Below, piece after piece: positions 25,545 through 35,272 of a stretch of DNA of 64,000 nt. The notes beneath the pieces are model-generated. The model saw nothing but the letters and a program-made list of their open reading frames with translations, did no database searches and was not told where the DNA came from. How positions within the stretch are numbered: the first letter of the stretch is position 1; each line of letters opens with the position of its first letter. The DNA is from Octopus bimaculoides. Taxonomy: Eukaryota. The stretch is taken from contig NC_068986.1 of NCBI RefSeq assembly GCF_001194135.2, positions 91,919,189 to 91,983,188 of the forward strand. Direction: 5' to 3'. The position numbers and the translations under genes are program-made.

Positions 25545-26000
25545 GGCAGATATGTGGTTGTGTGGTAAGAAGTTTGCTTCCTATCCACATGATTCCAGGT
25601 TCAGTCCCACTGCATGGCATCTTGGGCAAATGTCTTCTTCTATACCTTTGGGTTGACCAAAGTTTTGTGAGTGAATTTGTTAGATGTAAACTGAAAGAAG
25701 CCTACCATATATATATAAGTGGATTTGAAAGAAGCCCATTGTATGTATGTGTGTATGCATGTGTGCATGTGTGTATGTATGTATGTAGTTGTGTGTTTGT
25801 ATCTGTATTTGTCCCCCCACCATTGCTTGACAACTGATGTTGGTGTGTTTAGATCCTTGTAACTTAGCTGGTTGACAAAAAAGACTGATAGAATAAACAA
25901 CAGGCTAACAATGAATATGTCCAGGGAACGATTTCTTCAATTAAAAGGCAGTACTCCAGCATAGCCACAGTCAAATGGCTGAAACAAGTAAAAGAATAAA
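25545..26000 (+). mobile_element. S1 SINE, diverged
   Basis: Homology to 18969-19353. Confidence 0.75.
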
Positions 26001-26012
26001 GGAATATATATA

Positions 26013-26195
26013 CCGGTGGCATGTAAAAGCACCCACTACACTCTCAGAGTGGTTGGCGTTAGGAAGGGCATCCAGCTGTAGAAACTCTGCCAAATCAGAT
26101 TGGAGCCTGGTGTAGCCATCCGGTTCACCAGTCCTCAGTCAAATCGTCCAACCCATGCTAGCATGGAAAGCAGACGTTAAACGATGATGATGATG
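26013..26195 (+). mobile_element. Family R 3' segment
   Basis: Ends in GGAAAGCAGACGTTAAAC(GAT)n. Confidence 0.75.
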
Positions 26196-26393
26196 AGATA
26201 CAAATGCATTGTCAAAGGTGTTAATAAGCCATTTAGAAACATTAAAAAAACTGTTAGATTCACTTCAACATCTAAATTTAATTTGTCAAAATTTGGTCAC
26301 TTTGAAACTGTGACCTGTTCACTGACAAAATTCCATGCTGCATCTGAGAAAGTAACAGTTAGTTCATCTATATATATATATATNNNNNNNNNN

Positions 26394-26589
26394 TGCGGGT
26401 GACACGTAAAAGCACCCACTACACTCTCTGAGTGGTTGGCGTTAGGAAGGGCATCCAGCTGTAGAAACTCTGCCAAATCAGACTGGAGCCTGGTGTTGCC
26501 ATCCGGTTTCACCAGTCCTCAGTCAAATCGTCCAACCCATGCTAGCATGGAAAGCGGACGTTAAACGATGATGATGATGATGATGATGA
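26394..26589 (+). mobile_element. Family R 3' segment
   Basis: Ends in GGAAAGCGGACGTTAAAC(GAT)n; 26469-26589 is the exact reverse complement of 30610-30726 apart from CAT-repeat number. Confidence 0.8.
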
Positions 26590-27241
26590 CACACAGATAC
26601 ATGCATGCATACATCTATGTCTGTCTGTTCATCCCTCTATCTATGTGTATATATTGTTGTAACTTAGCAGTTTGGCAAAAGAGACCATTAGAATAAGTAC
26701 CGAGCTTAAAAAGAGTAAGTACTGGGTCGATTCATTTGACTAAAATTGTTCAAGGCAGTGCCCCAGCATGGCCACAGTCTAACTAATGACTGAAACAAGT
26801 AAAAAATAAAAGATATTAAACATTATAAGCAACAGTTTGAACAATTTTCTGGGTAAGTGCTAGAAGTATGGCTTGAGATTCTCATATCTATTGTTTGGTA
26901 GATGATCATATTACTTGCTACACTTGGGCACACTTAACATTCCAGTTTCTCAAATTAGTTTGTGTATATTCTGCTATTTTAATTGTACTCTTTTATTAAC
27001 ACAAGATGTGTTCATTGGTCACTGGGCACAGCCATTCTCAAACTAACAGATACATCCCTTCCAAGAAAAAAGTGAAATCTTTGTCCTCTTCCCTCATTAT
27101 TGACAATGGAAAATAGAATTTGTGTCTGTATAATTCTTTCCTGTGTCATGGTATTGGATAAATTTAAAGGGTTTAAAACCATCTTAACTGTATTCATTCA
27201 ACTGTTTTATACCTCTTTTTCCATGCTAGCATGGGTTAAAT

Positions 27242-27737
27242 CAGGGGTTCTCAACCATTAAATAAATTTATTTCTGTGTCTTACAATACATCTCAATGCT
27301 TCTAAAGACAAACTTTGTTTGTTTACTTTCATCGTAAAGTTGAATTTAACGTTAGCGTCTTATGAAGCTAAATTTATAAGTTCTAAAATTGCAGAAGAAT
27401 TCGTTGCTGGGCAGTTTAGTTTAATGGTAAAACACTTGACATGTAATCACAGAGATGTGAGTTCGAGTCTCATGGCTGGCCGGTAACGTATTTTTCTGCA
27501 TTATATGGATAATTTATCCTGATCAAGCTATTTATAGCGTTATCATGCGTTTGGGAAATAAGTTTATTTCTGTATCAGTTATATAGAAACTTCTTTTAAA
27601 ATTCCTATTTTGTCTTTCTCACATTAACTTGTGTAGGTTGAACTATGTAAAATGACAGAGAAAGAAACCTAGCAGGAATCCCTAAAAATCTTGTATGGAC
27701 CATCAGGGGTCACATGGACCCTGGTTGATAACTACTG
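27242..27737. mobile_element. hAT MITE carrying a nested ~320-bp insertion
   Basis: TIRs CAGGGGTTCTCAACC / GGTTGATAACTACTG; TSD GGTTAAAT / GGTTAGAT (7/8). The right half matches 5374-5701; 27261-27576 does not. Confidence 0.75.
27410..27481 (+). pseudogene. tRNA-Thr(UGU)-like cloverleaf (tRNA pseudogene or SINE head)
   Basis: Acceptor GGCAGTT/GGCTGGC (1 mismatch, 2 GU); D arm GTTT-AATGGTA-AAAC; anticodon arm CTTGA-CATGTAA-TCACAG (extra C, A at position 33); T arm GTGAG-TTCGAGT-CTCAT. A and B boxes are present. Confidence 0.7.
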
Positions 27738-28192
27738 GGTTAGATGAATGTATTACTGAGGTATTGTTTTTACAACCAGATACCCTTCCTGTTGCTGACC
27801 CTTACCTGTTTTTCAAATAAGGGATTTCTTATTGCATACATTTTCAAAAATACAGAGTGAGCAGATGATTTGTTGTCAGAAGTGACAATAACATCACGCA
27901 CGCATGCACACGCAATGGGCTTGTTTCTATCTGCCAAATCCACTCACAAGGTTTTGGCTGGCCTGAGGCTGCTATAGTGCCCAAAGTATGTCATAAAGTG
28001 GGACTGAACCTGAAACCATGTGGTTGAAAAGCAAACATCTTCATCACACAGCCATGCCAGCATCTAAACATCACAATTTATCCATCCCCTTTTTCAATCT
28101 TCAGAGTTTCCTCCCTTCTATGACAAAAGAGATGAGGAATTATGTACATTATTTACATTTGATGGATGTTTGTCCTCATCTTGTTTCTTGTT

Positions 28193-28240
28193 AACACAAC
28201 GTTTCAGCTGATATACCGTCCAGCCTTCGTCAGGTGTCTT
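28193..28240 (-). ncRNA. Minimal type I hammerhead ribozyme-like motif
   Basis: - strand: AA-GACAC-CUGACGA-A-GGCUG(gacgguauau)CAGCU-GAAA-CGUU-GUGUU. Stem I GACAC/GUGUU; palindromic ACGU stem III; putative GUU cleavage triplet. Confidence 0.6.
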
Positions 28241-28310
28241 GGGGAAATTTCGAACCTGGGTTCTCATTCCTAAGGTATTTTTCGATGTTGTTGTTATTAT
28301 TATTATTATT

Positions 28311-28928
28311 TTATGTTTGACTTTTGTTTTGCATTTGTACAAGTTGGGTCCAAGTCTCACCCAGAGACCTCAAGAGACAACAAGTTNNNNNNNNNNNNNN
28401 NNNNNNNNNNNNNNNNNNNNNNNNNNNNNNNNNNNNNNNNNNNNNNNNNNNNNNNNNNNNNNNNNNNNNNNNNNNNNNNNNNNNNNNNNNNNNNNNNNNN
28501 NNNNNNNNNNNNNNNNNNNNNNNNNNNNNNNNNNNNNNNNNNNNNNNNNNNNNNNNNNNNNNNNNNNNNNNNNNNNNNNNNNNNNNNNNNNNNNNNNNNN
28601 NNNNNNNNNNNNNNNNNNNNNNNNNNNNNNNNNNNNNNNNNNNNNNNNNNNNNNNNNNNNNNNNNNNNNNNNNNNNNNNNNNNNNNNNNNNNNNNNNNNN
28701 NNNNNNNNNNNNNNNNNNNNNNNNNNNNNNNNNNNNNNNNNNNNNNNNNNNNNNNNNNNNNNNNNNNNNNNNNNNNNNNNNNNNNNNNNNNNNNNNNNNN
28801 NAGTATTTTACGTAGGATATGGGCATTTCCCATGAGCACTATCTTTTGAACTTCAGTCATTTTGGGGTTTCCTGGTATCTGAGCTAGGTAGTAATCAGCC
28901 CGTTTCACTGTCATTCCCAGGGCACCTA
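28311..28928 (-). mobile_element. 5'-truncated restriction-like-endonuclease (R4/HERO-type) LINE 3' end inserted in a (TAT)n tract
   Basis: - strand reads ...QIPGNPKMTEVQKIVLMGNAHILRKI, matching the QK..L.G(T/N)A.ILR C-terminal motif of RLE LINEs; the 3' UTR ends in (AAT)n; the middle is an N gap. Confidence 0.6.
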
Positions 28929-28956
28929 TGACAATATTATTATTATTATTATTATT

Positions 28957-29030
28957 CAGGCCACTACTTGGAATCGAACTTGGAATCTTGGGGTTAGTAG
29001 CCTGCGCTCTTAACCACTATGCTATATGCC
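28957..29030 (-). promoter_or_regulatory. tRNA-like Pol III head (A box and B box)
   Basis: - strand: GGCATA-TAGCATAGTGG-TTAAGAGCGCAGGCTACTAACCCCAAGATTCCAA-GTTCGATTC-CAAGTAGTGGCCTG, followed by (AAT)n. Confidence 0.65.
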
Positions 29031-29050
29031 CGTGGGTTCGAAATTTCCCC

Positions 29051-29098
29051 AAGACACCTGATGAAGGCTGGAGGGTATATCAGCTGAAATGTTGTGTT
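29051..29098 (+). ncRNA. Hammerhead-like motif, second arm (stem III CpG decayed)
   Basis: AAGACAC-CTGATGA-A-GGCTG(gagggtatat)CAGCT-GAAA-TGTT-GTGTT. Confidence 0.5.
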
Positions 29099-29273
29099 AA
29101 CAACAAACAAGATGAGGACAAATATCTGTCAAATGTAAATAATGAACTGGCAGATATATTACCCTATTTATGTCCTATGACATTGAGATGTCTTACATTG
29201 AGTCAGCCAGTGAGTCTGTTGTTGTTTATATTTCAAATAATTGGTGCTTATCATGTGTGGTACCATTAACAGT

Positions 29274-29615
29274 GGAGGCGCAATGGCCCAGTGGTTAGGG
29301 CAGCGAACTTGCGGTCATAGGATCGCCGTTTCGATTCCCAGACTGGGCGTTGTGAGTGTTTATTGAGCGAAAATACTTATAGCTCCACGAGGCTCCGGCA
29401 GGGAATGGTGGTGAACCCTGCTGTACTCTTTCACCACAACTTTCTCTCACTTTTACTTCCTGTTTCTGTTGTGCCTGTTATTCAAAGGGTCAGCCTTGTC
29501 ACACTGTGTCACGCTGAATATCCCCGAGAACTACGTTAAGGGTACACGTGTCTGTGGAGTGCTCAGCCACTTGCACGTTAATTTCACGAGCAGGCTGTTC
29601 CGTTGATCGGATCAA
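29274..29615 (+). mobile_element. S3 SINE (tRNA-derived), runs into a gap
   Basis: Head GGAGGCGCAATGGCCCAGTGG...GTTTCGATTCC with A and B boxes; matches 57136-57513. Confidence 0.85.
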
Positions 29616-30148
29616 NNNNNNNNNNNNNNNNNNNNNNNNNNNNNNNNNNNNNNNNNNNNNNNNNNNNNNNNNNNNNNNNNNNNNNNNNNNNNNNNNNNNN
29701 NNNNNNNNNNNNNNNNNNNNNNNNNNNNNNNNNNNNNNNNNNNNNNNNNNNNNNNNNNNNNNNNNNNNNNNNNNNNNNNNNNNNNNNNNNNNNNNNNNNN
29801 NNNNNNNNNNNNNNNNNNNNNNNNNNNNNNNNNNNNNNNNNNNNNNNNNNNNNNNNNNNNNNNNNNNNNNNNNNNNNNNNNNNNNNNNNNNNNNNNNNNN
29901 NNNNNNNNNNNNNNNNNNNNNNNNNNNNNNNNNNNNNNNNNNNNNNNNNNNNNNNNNNNNNNNNNNNNNNNNNNNNNNNNNNNNNNNNNNNNNNNNNNNN
30001 NNNNNNNNNNNNNNNNNNNNNNNNNNNNNNNNNNNNNNNNNNNNNNNNNNNNNNNNNNNNNNNNNNNNNNTGAGAAGGAGGTGCAGTCTACCCTTAATCC
30101 CAATACCCTTTTCAGTAATGGATGTTTTAGGGATATATATAATCATGA

Positions 30149-30183
<35 letters not shown>

Positions 30184-30185
<2 letters not shown>

Positions 30186-30332
30186 TTATCGTCATCATCG
30201 TTTAACGTCCGCTTTCCATGCTAGCATGGGTTGGACGATTTGACTGAGGACTGGTGAAACCAGATGGCTACACCAGGCTCCGATCTGATTTGGTAGAGTT
30301 TCTACAGCTGGATGCCCTTCCTAACACCAACC
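30184..30332 (-). mobile_element. Family R 3' segment
   Basis: CATCGTTTAACGTCCGCTTTCC signature. Confidence 0.75.
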
Positions 30333-30608
30333 AATATATATATTTAGGAGTTTCAGCTTCATTGTCATCACTTTATATATATTTATGTATGTGTGTGTGT
30401 GTGTATAAAGTAAGATAGTGGGGAGATAAGAAACCAAACATGGCAATAGTATTGATATGGCTCTGAGAGAGAGAGAGAGAGAACTTATACATTACTTAAT
30501 AATTCTATTATTATTCTATTGGTTTCAGCCAGAGGCTGTGGTGATGCTGGGGCACCACCATTTATAAATATCAATTATAAATATTCCTGACAGAAAATGA
30601 TATATATG

Positions 30609-30726
30609 TCATCATCATCATCATCATCGTTTAACGTCCGCTTTCCATGCTAGCATGGGTTGGACGATTTGACTGAGGACTGGTGAAACCGGATGGCAAC
30701 ACCAGGCTCCAGTCTGATTTGGCAGA
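30609..30726 (-). mobile_element. Family R 3' segment
   Basis: Same signature; identical in reverse to 26469-26589. Confidence 0.8.
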
Positions 30727-31176
30727 TGTGACCATACAATTCAATGTAGTAAAGAGCAAAATCCAATTTATGGTTTATTTAGCTTTCATTTGGTAAAAAA
30801 AAAAAACTACACAAGCAAGATCAGAAGAATAAACGTATATATGAATGCATGTATATTTGTATGCATACATATGTATGTATATTGCTTATATATATGCATA
30901 TCTGTCTGTCTTTTGTCTGTCTGTCTGTTTTTCTGTCTGTGTCCCCCTCTCTCTCTATATATATATATATGTGTGTGTATGTACAAATGTATGTGTGTTC
31001 ATAGTAGCCATGTTCTCACTTGGATCATGTTTTTTTTTTTATATATTTCTGTATTTCTTTTCCTCTTCATTGCTAAATTTTGAAGAAGACGATGACAAAT
31101 GGAAAGGTTGAATATGTGTATATAAACAAACACAGCTGTGGTTAAATAGATAAGAAAATATACACACCATATATAT

Positions 31177-31227
<51 letters not shown>

Positions 31228-31312
31228 NNNNNNNNNNNNNNNNNNNNNNNNNNNNNNNNNNNNNNNNNNNNNNNNNNNNNNNNNNNNNNNNNNNNNNNNN
31301 NNNNNNNNNNNN

Positions 31313-31344
<32 letters not shown>

Positions 31345-31563
31345 AGAGGCATAGTCATGTGATTAAGAAGCTTGCTTGCCAGTCATGTGATCTTGGGTTC
31401 AGTCCTTGGGCAAATGTCTTCTACTATAGTCTCAAGCTGATCCGAGCACACACACACACACACACACACACGGCTATATGTATGTGTGTATGCTCGGATA
31501 ATGATTTCTATACCGGTAATGATTTCTAACTTGACGTGCTAATGTTTCTGCCAGCTCGCCACT

Positions 31564-31604
<41 letters not shown>

Positions 31605-31616
<12 letters not shown>

Positions 31617-31835
31617 CCTTTTTACTACTGGCACAAGGCCTGAAATTTTGGGGGAGTGGAGCTAGTCGATTACATCAACCCCAATGCTCGATTGATACTT
31701 ATTTCATTGACTACAAAAGCATGTTAAGTAAAGCCAACCTTGACAGCATTTGAGCTCAGAACAAGAAGACAGGTGAAATGCTGCTAAGCATTTCATCCAG
31801 TGTGTTAATGGTTCTGCTAGCTCGTCACCTTAATA
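31605..31835 (-). mobile_element. S2 SINE
   Basis: Reverse complement of the S2 consensus, preceded by a long (AAT)n tail. Confidence 0.65.
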
Positions 31836-32286
31836 ATGGTTTCTGATTTATGCACAAGGCCAGCAATTTTGAGGGCAGGGGTTTGCCATTACTATTGATG
31901 TCTCCAGTAATTTTATTTATCCTGGAAGCATGAAAGGCAAAGTTAATTTCATTGTGGTTTCAATTCAGAAGGTGAACACCCATAACTAAATACCACCAGA
32001 GATTTTGTCTGATTCGCTAATGATTTTATTAATCCACTGCCCTAAATAATGGTTATAATGATTTCTAACTTGAGTTGGTCTGAAAAAAAATAAAAGACTA
32101 AATTATCAATTTGTGGAATGTTTCTACTTCAATAAACTTTATTAACACTTCAATAGTGTTAATTGTTTCAATTCCCTTTGATCATCACACACACACACAC
32201 ACACACGCACATACATACACATACACGCAGACACACACACACACACACACACATGCAGACACACACACACACACACACACATACAG

Positions 32287-32319
<33 letters not shown>

Positions 32320-32384
32320 TGCTGTGTGTGACAAGTTTAGACTTTTTGAATTACAGATGCTATCCATCCAACAGACTTCCACAG

Positions 32385-32625
32385 AGTTTCTTATTCCTTT
32401 ATTGCCCACAAGGGGCTAAACATAGAGGGGACAAACAAGGACAGACAAAGGGATTAAGTTGATTACATCTACCCCAGTGCATAACTGGTACTTAATTTAT
32501 TGACCCTGAAAGAATGAAAGGCAAAGTCGACCTCGGTGGAATTTGAACTCAGAATGTAACGGCAGATGAAACACCGCTAAGCATTTTGCCGGCGTGATAG
32601 CGTTTCTGCCAGCTTGCTGCCTTAG
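32385..32625 (-). mobile_element. S2 SINE
   Basis: Reverse complement of 20026-20260. Confidence 0.8.
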
Positions 32626-32904
32626 GCAGACAGAGTTTCTGTCTGCCTAAATTCATTGACAAGGCCTGCGTTAATTCGAGGCTGTTGTAAAAGACGCTTG
32701 CTCAAGATGCTACGTTGTGGAATTGAACCTAGGACTTTATGATTGTAAATTGAACTTCTTAACAATTGTACCATACTGTGTTGATGTGCTGTGAACACAT
32801 ATACAAGCATACATGTACAGATGTACAGATGTGAGAAGCTTTGCAATATGGAACAAAACTGTTTTGGGGTCTCCCTTATCAAATCTCGAAATTGAAGGAT
32901 ACTC

Positions 32905-33111
32905 TACTCTTTTACTCTCTTTTACTTGTTTCAGTCATTTGACTGTGGCCATGCTGGAGCACCACCTTTAGTCGAGCAAATCGACCTCAGGATTTATTCT
33001 TTGGATGCCTAGTACTTATGCTATCGGTCTCTTCTGCCGAACTGCTAAGTTATGGGGACGTAAACACCCCAGCATCGGTTGTCAAGCGATGTTGGAGGAC
33101 AAACACAGACA

Positions 33112-33189
<78 letters not shown>

Positions 33190-33229
33190 TACGACGGGCT
33201 TCTTTCAGTTTCCGTCTACCAAATCCACT
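32905..33229 (-). mobile_element. S1 SINE (3' part, runs into a gap)
   Basis: Reverse complement of the S1 body. Confidence 0.8.
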
Positions 33230-33841
33230 NNNNNNNNNNNNNNNNNNNNNNNNNNNNNNNNNNNNNNNNNNNNNNNNNNNNNNNNNNNNNNNNNNNNNNN
33301 NNNNNNNNNNNNNNNNNNNNNNNNNNNNNNNNNNNNNNNNNNNNNNNNNNNNNNNNNNNNNNNNNNNNNNNNNNNNNNNNNNNNNNNNNNNNNNNNNNNN
33401 NNNNNNNNNNNNNNNNNNNNNNNNNNNNNNNNNNNNNNNNNNNNNNNNNNNNNNNNNNNNNNNNNNNNNNNNNNNNNNNNNNNNNNNNNNNNNNNNNNNN
33501 NNNNNNNNNNNNNNNNNNNNNNNNNNNNNNNNNNNNNNNNNNNNNNNNNNNNNNNNNNNNNNNNNNNNNNNNNNNNNNNNNNNNNNNNNNNNNNNNNNNN
33601 NNNNNNNNNNNNNNNNNNNNNNNNNNNNNNNNNNNNNNNNNNNNNNNNNNNNNNNNNNNNNNNNNNNNNNNNNNNNNNNNNNNNNNNNNNNNNNNNNNNN
33701 NNNNNNNNNNNNNNNNNNNNNNNNNNNNNNNNNNNNNNNNNNNNNNNNNNNNNNNNNNNNNNNNNNNNNNNNNNNNNNNNNNNNNNNNNNNNNNNNNNNN
33801 NNNNNNNNNNNNNNNNNNNNNNNNNNNNNNNNNNNNNNNNN

Positions 33842-34162
33842 TCTGGGCTCAGACCCACTGCGTAGCACCATGGGCAAGTGTCTTCTACTATAGCCTCGGG
33901 CCGACCAAAGCCTTGTGAGTGGATTTGGTAGACGGAAACTGAAAGGAGCCTGTCGTATATATGCATATGCTTGTGTTTGTCCCCCAACCATTGCTTGACA
34001 ATGATGTTGGTGTGTTTATGTCCCTGTAACTTAGTGGTTTGGCAAAAGAGACCAATAGAATAAGTACAAGGCTTACAAAGAATAAGTCCTGGGGTCGATT
34101 TGTTCGACTAAAAGGCGGTGCTCCAGCATAGCCACAGTCAAATGTCTGAAACAAGTAAAAGA
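33842..34162 (+). mobile_element. S1 SINE (emerges from a gap)
   Basis: Homology to 18969-19353. Confidence 0.8.
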
Positions 34163-35018
34163 ATAGATTATATATACATGTATATATATGTATACAAGAT
34201 TGGCTTCCATAGTTTCCATCTGCCCAGTTCAGTTTCAAGGCATTGGTTGGTTCAGGGCTATTGTAGAAAATACTTTTCCAGAGTGCCACACTGGGACTGC
34301 ACCTGGAACCAAGTGGTTGTAAAACAAGCTTCTTAGCCACAGAGCCACGCCTGTTCCTACAATGATGAGGATAGTTCTTTTTAATTTTTTTTTTTTTGTG
34401 TGTAGTATATAAGTACCACTTAAATTCACTTGTTAAAACATTAAGAAAGAAGATAGAAGTCATGTGTAGATTGTCATTGTTGTTTGTAATGATATCCCAA
34501 TGTGTATCCTTCTGTCACAGATGTTGCTACTTCAGTGTCCAGCACTGTAACCAATAAATGAGTCCAACCTCTTTCTATGTGGTCACACAGCCAGTTAGAA
34601 ATAGCAGCTAAAAAGGTAGTAAATTGACAGTCATTAGAGCATCATAGAAAATGCATTGTGATATCTATACTGAAACTCTGCTCTGTGATTTCAAATCCAA
34701 CTAAGGATAGTGGATTGGTAGAGATGTTAAAGCATCAGACAAAACTCCCTGTGGCACTTGTTCAGGCCCTTTGCATTCTGAGTTCAAATCTTGCTAAGGT
34801 CAGCTTTATCTTTTATATTCTTTCTGGGGTTAATAAGTAAAGTACCAACCAAAGGTGGTAGATTGGTGAAAATGTTAGAACACCAGATGAAATACCTTGT
34901 GATATTTGTTCAAGCTCTTTGCACTCTGAGTTCAAATCTCATCTAGGTCACCTAGCTACATTTAAATGGTAGACTTAATGTAACCCTTGTGGCTTTGTTT
35001 GCATCCAGTGATGTAGAA

Positions 35019-35272
35019 CAGCTGTTCTCAACCAGGATCCATATGGTCCTTGGGGGTCCAGATGCGATTTAGTTGTTAAAAATTATGTGCACTAAGTCAG
35101 TTATATTTCTACAATGCTCAAAATATTTTTACAATTTTTTAAAATACAATTCCTTATATTTAATTATAAAAATGTAATGGGATTTTTAAAAACTTCAAAT
35201 GGCTAAAAGGATCCAGTAGAGTAAAATAAGAATCAAAGGAGTCCACAGGCAAAAAATGGTTGAGAACCACTG
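35019..35272. mobile_element. hAT-type MITE
   Basis: TIRs CAGCTGTTCTCAACC / GGTTGAGAACCACTG; TSD not cleanly preserved. Confidence 0.65.

Larger units (their letters stand above)
28147..29144. mobile_element. Composite element: 110-bp inverted arms with hammerhead motifs around a tRNA-like head (copy B), interrupted by a LINE fragment
   Basis: Arms 28147-28256 and 29035-29144 are inverted with 7 differences; the spacer is shared with copy A (11246-11577). Confidence 0.75.

Noticed and set aside
26013-26589. Two near-identical family R copies in tandem as a biological duplication
   Set aside because: They flank a 10-N join and may be uncollapsed alleles, or simply two insertions of a very abundant family; not decidable here.
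29274-29350. S1, S2 and S3 heads as functional tRNA genes
   Set aside because: They do not close a full cloverleaf and are always fused to a conserved SINE body.
34521-34560. Acceptor-like TTCTGTCACAG as a candidate for the missing MMAB exon
   Set aside because: The required phase-0 frame reads MLLLQCPAL* and has no LQD/ATP similarity.
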